Below, piece by piece: positions 1 through 7,870 of a stretch of DNA of 64,000 bases (within the stretch, counting starts at the first letter, position 1; every line of letters begins with the position of its first letter). The DNA lies in the NCBI GenBank assembly GCA_014728175.1, contig WJMA01000062.1, positions 6,914 through 70,913 of the forward strand, in the 5' to 3' direction. This DNA comes from Candidatus Fermentibacterota bacterium. GTDB lineage: Bacteria; Fermentibacterota; Fermentibacteria; Fermentibacterales; JCC-6. The notes below the pieces were generated by a model. The model was not told where the DNA came from. It ran no database searches and saw only the letters and a program-made list of their open reading frames with translations. A program made the translations under genes and the position numbers.

Positions 1-1322
1 ATATCGGAAACCACCCGGACGGTGTAGTTGAAGTCCTCGGGCATCACCGGCCTCAGAGCGCTCTCCGCAAGGTAACCGTGACCTATCTCTCTCCTTCCCG
101 GACCCCGGGCGCGTCTCACCTCACCCACGCTGAAAGAGGGGAAGTTGTAATGGAGAATGAAGCATTTGTGGTACTCCCCGAGTAGGGCGTCGATCCTCTG
201 CTCATCCCTGGATCCCCCCAGGGTGGCCGCTACCAGAGCCTGGGTCTCGCCCCGGGTGAAGAGCGCGGAACCGTGTGTTCGGGGCAGCACACCGACCTCG
301 CACGTGACTTCTCTTATCTGTTCCGGCTTGCGCCCGTCTGGCCTCTGGGTATCCTTCAGAAGCTTTTCCCTGACGTACTCCTTCTCCGCTTTCGACGCGG
401 CCTCCGATACCTCGCCGGACCAGTCCTCCTCCTCATCGGGTTGCACGTCGTATTGGTCATGCAACTCTACCACAGCGCGTTCCTTTGCGCTGCTAAGAGC
501 CTCGCTCATCGCGTTCTTGTCGGCGCTTCCGTAGACCCGATCCAGCTCCTCGGCCACCAGCCCTGCCACCGAGTCGAGAAGGCCGTCCCGCGGGGTCGGT
601 GACTCGAAGGGACGCTTCTCCTTGCCGGCCATATTGACCAGCTCCATCTGCATGGAGTTGATCTTGGAGGCATCGCTGACGGCCAGCTCCACCGCCTCCA
701 GAACCACGTCCTCCGGTACCTCCGAGCAGAAACCCTCCATCATGACCACTTCTCCGCCCTTTACGGAGACCACCAAATCCATATCGCTTCTCTCCAGATC
801 CGACGACTTGGGATTGACAATCAACTCGCCGTCCACCCTGCCGATCTTCACCGGAGAAACCGGACCGTCCCAGGGAATGTCGGAGATCATGAGGGAGGCC
901 GAAGCCCCGACCATGGCCAACAGCGCCGGATCATTCTCTCCATCGGAGCTGAGAGCCAGGCAGTATACCTGGGTCTCGAACATGTAGCCTTCGGGAAACA
1001 GGGGTCGGAGCGGCCTATCTATGAGCCTGGCGGTCAGCACCTCTTTCTCCTGGGGTCTGCCCTCCCGCTTGAAAAAGCCGCCCGGGATCTTCCCCGCGGC
1101 GTAGGTTCGCTCTCTGTACTCTATGGTCAGGGGGAAGAACGGCAGGTCCTTGGGCTCTCTCTCCGAGGTTGAGGCAACCAGGACCGCGGAATCCCCGTAC
1201 CTTACGAGTGCCGCGCCGTCGGCCTGCTTGGCCATTCTACCGGTCTCTATCGTCAGCCGTCTTCCGGCTATCGTTTCTTCCAGCTTGCTTATCATCTTCT
1301 CATCCGCTCTTTCTTCTTTCAT
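1..1322 (-). CDS. pnp: Polynucleotide phosphorylase (PNPase), N-terminal ~440 aa; 3' end runs off window start
   Basis: Minus-strand translation from ATG at 1322 (RBS GGAGCGG) gives MKEERADEKMISKLEETIAGRRLTIETGRMAKQADGAALVRYGDSAVLVAST...RPDGRKPEQIREVTCEVGVLPRTHGSALFTRGETQALV, the classic PNPase RNase-PH domain 1. Lies downstream of rpsO as in most bacteria. Not in ORF track because there is no stop in window. Confidence 0.9.
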   Translation of the reverse strand, partial: MKEERADEKMISKLEETIAGRRLTIETGRMAKQADGAALVRYGDSAVLVASTSEREPKDLPFFPLTIEYRERTYAAGKIPGGFFKREGRPQEKEVLTARLIDRPLRPLFPEGYMFETQVYCLALSSDGENDPALLAMVGASASLMISDIPWDGPVSPVKIGRVDGELIVNPKSSDLERSDMDLVVSVKGGEVVMMEGFCSEVPEDVVLEAVELAVSDASKINSMQMELVNMAGKEKRPFESPTPRDGLLDSVAGLVAEELDRVYGSADKNAMSEALSSAKERAVVELHDQYDVQPDEEEDWSGEVSEAASKAEKEYVREKLLKDTQRPDGRKPEQIREVTCEVGVLPRTHGSALFTRGETQALVAATLGGSRDEQRIDALLGEYHKCFILHYNFPSFSVGEVRRARGPGRREIGHGYLAESALRPVMPEDFNYTVRVVSD

Positions 1323-1393
1323 CCGCTCCGGGCTGCCGCCTCGTTGCCGCAGACCCGACCGGAATGCTCCAGGCATCCGGTATTGTTACTATC

Positions 1394-1663
1394 TTACCTT
1401 CTTATGCCCAGTTCCTTGATCAATTCTCTGTAGCGCTTTACGTCCTTATCTCTCAGGTAGTCCAGAAGTCTTCTTCTTTGGCCCACCAGCTTCAAGAGCC
1501 CCCTCCGGCTGTCGTGATCATTCGGAGAGCGTTTACTATGAGCGGTAAGCTCGCTTATCCTCTCGGTTAACAGGGCTATCTGTACCTCGGTCCTTCCCGT
1601 ATCCTTTTCGTTCGAGCCGAACTGGGAAACCAGCTCAGCCATCCTATCGCTATCGATCGTCAT
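1394..1663 (-). CDS. rpsO: 30S ribosomal protein S15
   Basis: 89-aa ORF ...[68 protein letters not shown] matches the S15 consensus. Confidence 0.95.
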   Translation of the reverse strand: MTIDSDRMAELVSQFGSNEKDTGRTEVQIALLTERISELTAHSKRSPNDHDSRRGLLKLVGQRRRLLDYLRDKDVKRYRELIKELGIRR

Positions 1664-2505
1664 TCCTCGGCTACCTCCATTACTTTCCGTACATCCGTCT
1701 TTATGAGCGCAGCCAGATGCTCATCGTCAAGGCCACGCTCAGGTTCTCTTAAAAACTCGACAAACTCCACTTCCACGACTGTACCGTAGGGGAAACTGCG
1801 CCCGTGGGGAGAGTGGGCTTCCACCAGGCCTTTTCGGGTCCGGGGAACGAACACGGCCATGGGTGAACGGCCCAACAGGCCGGCGTAGCTTCCCGCCGGG
1901 GGCAGCAACTTGCAACCGGGCACTCGTACGTTCATGGTGGGAAAGCCCAGTCGCTTTCCTACTCCCCTTCCCCTGGAGACCGGACCCAGGGCCGAGTACC
2001 GTCTACCCAGAAGCCTGGCCGCCTTCTCCAGATCTCCCGCATCGATCAGATCTCGTATCCTCTCGCTCTTGACATCCTTATCTCCGAGCATAACAGGCCC
2101 AACTATAACAACTTCTATGTCTCTATGACGACACCAGGACTGGAGCGTATCCACTCCACCCTCCCTGCGGCGCCCGAAATGGTAGTCGTATCCCACTACG
2201 ATTCTGCGCACGGCGCCGTCTCCGGTGAGCTCGGAGAGGAAATCCCCGGAATCCCTTTCCTGGACCTCCTCATCGAAGCAAAGTACCTCTATGGAGCCGA
2301 CTTCCAGCTCTCCCAGCCTGTTCGCCCTTTCCTGGGGCGTGGTAAGCCTGCGATGCCATTCCGGATAACCGAAGTACTGACGGGGCACCGGCTCGAAGCA
2401 AACCACGGTTGCCTCGGGGTCCCTTCGGAGAGCCTCCCGCACCACCTCGGCATGTCCGAGGTGTATACCGTCGAAGCTTCCCATTACCAGCGTTTTGCCC
2501 GTCAT
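1660..2505 (-). CDS. ribF: Bifunctional riboflavin kinase / FMN adenylyltransferase
   Basis: [21 protein letters not shown]... (FAD synthetase nucleotidyltransferase motif) plus C-terminal riboflavin-kinase region. The ATGA overlap with the truB stop at 2502-2505 was verified in sequence (tcat on + strand). Confidence 0.9.
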   Translation of the reverse strand: MTGKTLVMGSFDGIHLGHAEVVREALRRDPEATVVCFEPVPRQYFGYPEWHRRLTTPQERANRLGELEVGSIEVLCFDEEVQERDSGDFLSELTGDGAVRRIVVGYDYHFGRRREGGVDTLQSWCRHRDIEVVIVGPVMLGDKDVKSERIRDLIDAGDLEKAARLLGRRYSALGPVSRGRGVGKRLGFPTMNVRVPGCKLLPPAGSYAGLLGRSPMAVFVPRTRKGLVEAHSPHGRSFPYGTVVEVEFVEFLREPERGLDDEHLAALIKTDVRKVMEVAEE

Positions 2506-3371
2506 AGGGGCCTTAGCACACATATGGGCTTCACCGTAGTGCCGTCTCCCCGGCCTATGGCCAGCAACCTGTCGGCCTTGTCCAGAAGACTAACGAAGCC
2601 CTGAGCCTTACCGGGCAGGGCCCTGCCGTGCCTGGCGCTGACCGCGTTTATGCCTCCCAAACTCATGTTGGGGTATCCACGCATGGCTTCGGCCATGGGT
2701 CTCAGCGCCGACGGATCGTCGACCGCAGAGGAGCATTCCTCCACCCGGAACCGACCCACGGACAACCTTCTAATCGACTCGGCGCAACCTCCCGTTTTCA
2801 GGGTGTCGCCGATGTCCCTGGCCAGAGCTCTCACGTAGGTCCCCTTGGATACCCTTACCTCCACCACCGCTCTGCCGAGCGAGTAATCGACCAGAGTCCA
2901 TTCGGTTGCGGTGACCTCCTTGGTGGGCATATCCAGGGGCTCTCCCTTTCTCGCGGCCTTGAAGGCTCTTCTGCCTTCGATACGGACCGCGGAGAACCTT
3001 GGTATACGCTGCTGAAAGGTTCCCGTGAAATCAGCGAGCGCTTCCTCGACCTGGTCCGCGGTTACATGCTCCGCGGAGGTTCGAGAAAGTACCCGGCCGG
3101 AGGAGTCGCACGTATCCGTGGTCACCCCCAGCCGAACGGTGAACCTGTACGTCTTGTCGTGAACCGCCACGAACCGGCTGAGACGGGTAGCCTTTCCCAA
3201 AAGCGCTATAAGCACTCCGGTCGCATCGGGATCGAGAGTGCCCGCATGCCCCCTCTTACCGTAACCCCAGGCCTCGGCGACCAGATCGGCCGCTTCCCGC
3301 GAGGTTACTCCCTCCCTCTTGTCGAGAAGGTAAACGGCGCCATCGGGATGATCCAGGCCGGTAGAGGTCAA
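2502..3371 (-). CDS. truB: tRNA pseudouridine(55) synthase
   Basis: GHAGTLDPDATGVL catalytic-Asp motif. Sits between rbfA and ribF. 4-nt overlap with rbfA stop. Confidence 0.92.
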   Translation of the reverse strand: MTSTGLDHPDGAVYLLDKREGVTSREAADLVAEAWGYGKRGHAGTLDPDATGVLIALLGKATRLSRFVAVHDKTYRFTVRLGVTTDTCDSSGRVLSRTSAEHVTADQVEEALADFTGTFQQRIPRFSAVRIEGRRAFKAARKGEPLDMPTKEVTATEWTLVDYSLGRAVVEVRVSKGTYVRALARDIGDTLKTGGCAESIRRLSVGRFRVEECSSAVDDPSALRPMAEAMRGYPNMSLGGINAVSARHGRALPGKAQGFVSLLDKADRLLAIGRGDGTTVKPICVLRPL

Positions 3372-3712
3372 TCCTCGTTCAGCTCTCTGATCAGGCGGAG
3401 AACCCTATTGCCGTCTTCGATGGAGGTGTCATGTACGAACGACAGGGCGGGAACGGTTTTCAACCGGATCCTATCGGCCAGCAGGCTGCGTATGTAGCCG
3501 TGGGAGGAATCCACTGCCTCCATGGTCTCGGCGCGTTCCTCGTCAGTGCCCATGGTGGAGAAGAAAATGGTGGCATGGGAGCAGTCGGAGGAGAGCTTGA
3601 CCCGGGTGACGGTAACGAATCCGAGACGGGGATCCGATATCTCCCTCTCCAGAATGGAGGCTATCTCCCTGTGTATTATCTCCCTGATTCGGGCGATCCT
3701 TCTGTGGTCCAT
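3368..3712 (-). CDS. rbfA: Ribosome-binding factor A
   Basis: MDHRRIARIREIIHREIASILEREISDPRLGFVTVTRVKLSSDCSHATIFFS is RbfA-like. Start chosen at the internal Met (ORF extends to 3760). Confidence 0.85.
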   Translation of the reverse strand: MDHRRIARIREIIHREIASILEREISDPRLGFVTVTRVKLSSDCSHATIFFSTMGTDEERAETMEAVDSSHGYIRSLLADRIRLKTVPALSFVHDTSIEDGNRVLRLIRELNED

Positions 3713-3723
3713 ATACGTATCCG

Positions 3724-5877
3724 TTAGAGTTCCCTGGAGATCTCCACGATCTTGTAGCACTCGATTATGTCACCCACCTTCAGGTCCTGGAAACCTTCCA
3801 GGCCGATGCCGCACTCGAAGCCCGCGCTTATCTCCTTTCGGTCCTCCTGGAAGTGCTTGAGGGAAGCTATTCTGCCGTTCCATACCTCAACGCCGTCGCG
3901 GACCAGCCTGGCCATGGCGTTCCTGCTTACGGTCCCTCCTACCACGTAGCAGCCGGCAATGTTGCCCACGTTGGGAACCTTGAATATCTCCCGCACTTCC
4001 GCCGAGCCCAGGAACTCCTCCTTTTCCACCGGTTTGAGAAGGCCGGAGAGAGCCTTCTTTATAGTTTCCTCCACGTCGTAGATGACGTTGAACGTGTTGA
4101 TCTCCACTCCCATGGAGTTGGCCTTCTCTCTGGCCCTTATGTCGGGCCTGACCCTGAATCCTATTATCACCGCGTCGGAGGCCGCCGCCAGCATCACGTC
4201 CCCTTCGGTAACTCCGCCCACGCCGCTGTGCACTATCTCCACAGATACCTCGTCGGAGCCCATCTTGGTCAGCGTGTCGACTATGGCCTCTGCCGACCCC
4301 TGGACATCGGCCTTGACTATCAGATTAAGAACACCCTCGCCTTCCTCGGAAGCTTTCCAGAAATCTTCCAGGGTGACGTGCCTTCTCGTCTGTAGGTCAC
4401 GTTCCCTCTCCACGACCTGCCTTCTACGGCTGACCTCCTTGGCCTCCTGCTCGCTGTCTACGGCCGTGAAAGAATCGCCGGCCTCCGGCACTCCGGAAGC
4501 ACCCAGTATCTGCACGGGGAAGCTGGGCTTAACCGAGGCAAGCTGGTTGTCGTTCTCGTCGTACATCGCCCTTATCCTGCCCCGATACTGCCCGGCTACG
4601 AAGTAATCGCCTTCGTGCAGAGTACCGTCTTGGATCAGAACGTTTACCACGCTACCTCGGCGTGAATCGATCTTCCCCTCCAGAACCGTTCCCATGGCCG
4701 GACGGTCGGGGTAGGCGGTGAGCTCCAGCAACTCGGCCTGCAGGAGGATCTTCTCCAGAAGATCGTCAACTCCCTCGCCGGTAATGGCGGAAACCTCGGC
4801 ACAGAGAACCTCTCCACCCCATTCTTCCACCAGGATCTGCCGTCCGGCCAGGTCCTGCTTTATCCGATCCGGATTGGCCGTCGAGAGGTCCATCTTGGAT
4901 ATGGTGACCAGTATGGGAACCCCGGCGGCCCGGGCGTGGTCTATGGCTTCCTCGGTCTGGGGCATCACCCGGCTGTCGGCAGCAATCACCAGAACCACGA
5001 TATCGGTTACCTGGGCCCCTCTGGTCCTCATTGCGGTGAATGCCTCGTGGCCGGGGGTGTCGATGAACGTAATCCTGTCGCCCTCGTCTCCTACCTCGGC
5101 AACGTACGCGCCAATGTGCTGGGTTATCCCTCCGGACTCGCTGGCGATGACGTTGGTGGACCTTATGCGATCCAGAAGGGCCGTTTTCCCATGGTCGACA
5201 TGCCCCATTACGGTCACCACCGGAGGCCGGGTAACCTTTCTCTCGCTCTTCTCCTTGCGTTTTTGCTCCAGCTCCTCGGCCCCGTACTCGCTTACTTTTT
5301 CCACCTCGTAGCCGAACTCGGCACCGAGAAGGGTGAGGGTATCTATATCCAGCCGCTGGTTGGCAGTCGCCATGACACCCAGCTCCAGGCACTTGGAGAT
5401 CACCTTGTTAAGATTCACTCCCATCATGTCGGCCAGCTCGGAGGGGCTGGTAAACTCGGTTATCTTGAGTACGTCCTCCTCGGCGGTCGTAACCTGTTTC
5501 TCGTGCCTTTCCTGCTTCTCCTCCTTGTACTTGCGCCGCCTTTTCTTCCTGGTTCTCGACTTGCTGCTGTCTATCTTGGCCAGCGTATCCTTTACGATCT
5601 TCTCGGCCTCGGCCGTACTGGGAACGCTCTTCTTCTTTTTCTTTCTGCGCCTGCGCTTCTTGCTCCGCGCGGCTCGACTTCTCGCCTTCTGCTTCTCCCT
5701 CTCGAAACGCTCCCTTACCTGGTCCGCCTGCTCGGAGGTGAGGGTGCTCATGTGGCTCTTCACCGTTATCTGCATTCCCGCCAGTACCTTGAGCAGGGCT
5801 TCGCTGGAGAGGTTAAGCTCTCGCGCCAACTCGTAAACTCTCTTTTTCTCGCCCTCTCCCTGAGCCACGTCGATCAC
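3724..5877 (-). CDS. infB: Translation initiation factor IF-2
   Basis: 717 aa with N-terminal MIDVAQGEGEKKRVYELARELNLSSEALLKVL, a K/R/E-rich linker, a GTPase G-domain (GHVDHGKT, DTPGHEAF) and the C-terminal beta-barrel domains. Confidence 0.95.
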   Translation of the reverse strand: MIDVAQGEGEKKRVYELARELNLSSEALLKVLAGMQITVKSHMSTLTSEQADQVRERFEREKQKARSRAARSKKRRRRKKKKKSVPSTAEAEKIVKDTLAKIDSSKSRTRKKRRRKYKEEKQERHEKQVTTAEEDVLKITEFTSPSELADMMGVNLNKVISKCLELGVMATANQRLDIDTLTLLGAEFGYEVEKVSEYGAEELEQKRKEKSERKVTRPPVVTVMGHVDHGKTALLDRIRSTNVIASESGGITQHIGAYVAEVGDEGDRITFIDTPGHEAFTAMRTRGAQVTDIVVLVIAADSRVMPQTEEAIDHARAAGVPILVTISKMDLSTANPDRIKQDLAGRQILVEEWGGEVLCAEVSAITGEGVDDLLEKILLQAELLELTAYPDRPAMGTVLEGKIDSRRGSVVNVLIQDGTLHEGDYFVAGQYRGRIRAMYDENDNQLASVKPSFPVQILGASGVPEAGDSFTAVDSEQEAKEVSRRRQVVERERDLQTRRHVTLEDFWKASEEGEGVLNLIVKADVQGSAEAIVDTLTKMGSDEVSVEIVHSGVGGVTEGDVMLAAASDAVIIGFRVRPDIRAREKANSMGVEINTFNVIYDVEETIKKALSGLLKPVEKEEFLGSAEVREIFKVPNVGNIAGCYVVGGTVSRNAMARLVRDGVEVWNGRIASLKHFQEDRKEISAGFECGIGLEGFQDLKVGDIIECYKIVEISREL

Positions 5878-7229
5878 CTACCTTCGTTTTCTGATTCCTC
5901 CGGCTGATCTTCTTGAGACAAACTGGCTTCCACGGCGCTCCTCCTGGCTTCTACCAGCTTCTCTGCTTCTTCTCTCACCTTCTTCTGAAGCACGGGCCCT
6001 ATTCCCTTTACCTCCAGAAGCTCCTCCTCGGAGGACTCCGCAATGCTGTTGGCAGATCCCAGGCCGGCCAACCTCAGCCGCTCACCCAGCTTTTCGCTGA
6101 CCGAGCTCATCTCCGAGAGGTCGACCATCAGCATCTTCTCGCGCTGTTTCCGTTCCTCCCATGAGGTCTGGGTGACCACGTCAACCCTGGCCCCCACCAG
6201 TCTTCCGGCGAGCCTTACGTTATGACCGTGCTTTCCTATGGCCAGGGACAGCTCGTCGTCGGGGACCACAGCTATCATGTACAGGGGCTCCTGGCCCTCT
6301 TCCGGCTCCTCTATTCTCTCGGTCTCAACATGCATCACCGTTGCCGGCAACAGGGCGTGTGAGACCAGTACGGTCTTATCCAGAGTCCAGGGAAGCACGT
6401 CTATTCTCTCCCCGTTGAGCTCTCTCATCACCGACTGGACCCTGGTTCCCCTCATTCCCACGAAAGTTCCTACCGCGTCCACCCTGAAATCGTTGCTGGC
6501 TACCGCGATCTTGGTCCGTACCCCGGCCTCCCTGGCGATGCCCCTTATCTCGACCACTCCCTCCTCGATCTCGGGTGCCTCTCTTTCGAATAACCTCTGC
6601 ACCAGAAGAGGAGTGGCTCTGGATAGAATCAGCTGGGGCTCGTTGGACTCGGGAGGTTTCACCTCTACAAGTACGGGGGTGATGGGATCGCCCTGGTCGT
6701 ACCTCTCTCCCCTGGCTCTCTCCTCGACGGGAACTACTCCCTCTATGCTGCCGGCTACCTGGACCAGCACCCTGCTTCTGTAAACCTGCTGTACGACGCA
6801 CCTGGGTATTATCTGACCCACTCTCTCCGAGTACTCCTCGTAGACCTGCTCCCTTTCCGCACCCTTCACCAAGGACAGGAACTCCCGACGGAACATGTTG
6901 ACCGCACCGCGGCTGAACTCGTCGATGCGGATGGGCTGGGGAACCTTGCTTCCCAGCTCGGCGTCCGGGTCTATCTTTTTGGCAGCCCTCTTGCTTATCT
7001 GCAGGTGCCCCTCCCCCGGAGTTACCTTGTTCACCACTTCCTTCAGCGCCTGTATGACTATGTCACCGGTCTTCTCGTTCCAGGTGACCCTCACTTCCTG
7101 CGGGCTCCCGTATTCCTTCTCGGTAGCCTTCAACAGGCCATGATGAAGGCTTTCCAACAGTATCTCCCTGTTGACCCGCTTCTCGCGGACCAGCCTGGCC
7201 AGAGCATCTATTCTCTCGAAATTCGGCAC
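5874..7229 (-). CDS. nusA: Transcription termination/antitermination factor NusA
   Basis: 451 aa with S1 and KH domains and an acidic C-terminal tail. 4-nt overlap with infB. Confidence 0.93.
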   Translation of the reverse strand: MPNFERIDALARLVREKRVNREILLESLHHGLLKATEKEYGSPQEVRVTWNEKTGDIVIQALKEVVNKVTPGEGHLQISKRAAKKIDPDAELGSKVPQPIRIDEFSRGAVNMFRREFLSLVKGAEREQVYEEYSERVGQIIPRCVVQQVYRSRVLVQVAGSIEGVVPVEERARGERYDQGDPITPVLVEVKPPESNEPQLILSRATPLLVQRLFEREAPEIEEGVVEIRGIAREAGVRTKIAVASNDFRVDAVGTFVGMRGTRVQSVMRELNGERIDVLPWTLDKTVLVSHALLPATVMHVETERIEEPEEGQEPLYMIAVVPDDELSLAIGKHGHNVRLAGRLVGARVDVVTQTSWEERKQREKMLMVDLSEMSSVSEKLGERLRLAGLGSANSIAESSEEELLEVKGIGPVLQKKVREEAEKLVEARRSAVEASLSQEDQPEESENEGR

Positions 7230-7255
7230 TTTTCAGCTCCCTGATTCTCAGACGC

Positions 7256-7677
7256 CTAGAGCACCTCTACGGCGTTCTTGACCATGTTCACATGGACGAT
7301 CCTGCCGTCGGGAAAGGACAGGCAGGAACCGTCGTAGTCCGTAAGCTCCGCCTCGAACTGCTCGTCGTTTTTCATCCGTACTCTCAACGTCCGACCCACC
7401 GATCGACGCCAATCGACGTCGGTGCTTAGCTCTCGTCCCACGCCGGGAGAGCTGACCTCCAGAATGTAAGGCTCCTCCAGTATCAGGTCGGAGTCCAGTC
7501 GTTCGGAGATCTCTCTCGAAAGATCCGCGCACTCGTCTACCGTAATCCTTCCGGGACGGTCGACCAGGACCCTTACGATACGTCGCCTTCCGGCCCTCGC
7601 CGTGTTGACCTCCACCAGCAGAAAACCCGCCTGGTCAATCACGCTGGCCACGGCTTTCCTCACCGGTTCGAGATCCA
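7256..7677 (-). CDS. rimP: Ribosome maturation factor RimP
   Basis: MDLEPVRKAVASVIDQAGFLLVEVNTARAGRRRIVRVLVDRPGRITVDECADLSREISERLD is RimP-like. Start placed at the Met preceded by GGAGGTG. Upstream neighbour of nusA as usual. Confidence 0.85.
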
Positions 7678-7721
7678 TACAACACCTCCGCCCCGTCGGG
7701 GCAGATCTCATCCAGATTGCC

Positions 7722-7748
7722 ATATAAAACAAAAGCGGGGCACGCCCC
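7722..7748 (-). terminator. Intrinsic-terminator-like hairpin in the rimP leader (attenuator candidate)
   Basis: Minus-strand GGGGCGTGCCCC stem followed by CTTTTGTTTTAT. It sits between the candidate promoter and the rimP start. A second GC hairpin GCCCCGACGGGGC at 7690-7702 abuts the RBS. Confidence 0.45.
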
Positions 7749-7785
7749 ACCTGTCAACACGGGACAATCGATTAACGTGCACAGA

Positions 7786-7814
7786 ATTCTATTGTCTGCC
7801 GGGCCGGATGACAA
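7786..7814 (-). promoter_or_regulatory. Candidate sigma70-type promoter for the rimP-nusA-infB operon (minus strand TTGTCA-17nt-TAGAAT)
   Basis: Reverse complement of 7786-7814 reads TTGTCAtccggcccggcagacaaTAGAAT, about 100 nt upstream of the rimP start. Confidence 0.45.
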
Positions 7815-7870
7815 GTGCTCCGGAAGGGGCGGTCGCAGGTTTTAGTTTACCTCCGGAAGGCCTCGGAGGT

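Noticed and set aside
157-1570. Plus-strand ORFs (125, 109, 121, 98, 133 aa) overlapping the start of the window
   Set aside because: They are antisense to pnp/rpsO. They are Ser/Pro/Ala-rich and low-complexity, as expected from reverse frames of a GC-rich gene. The minus strand encodes a clear PNPase.
5520-5710. Apparent low-complexity repeat in infB (K/R/E-rich codons)
   Set aside because: It encodes the normal charged linker of IF-2 and is not a tandem DNA repeat or CRISPR.
2628-5907. Long plus-strand ORFs (289, 180, 174, 197, 323, 167 aa) across truB/rbfA/infB
   Set aside because: They are antisense shadows of well-conserved genes and have no motifs.
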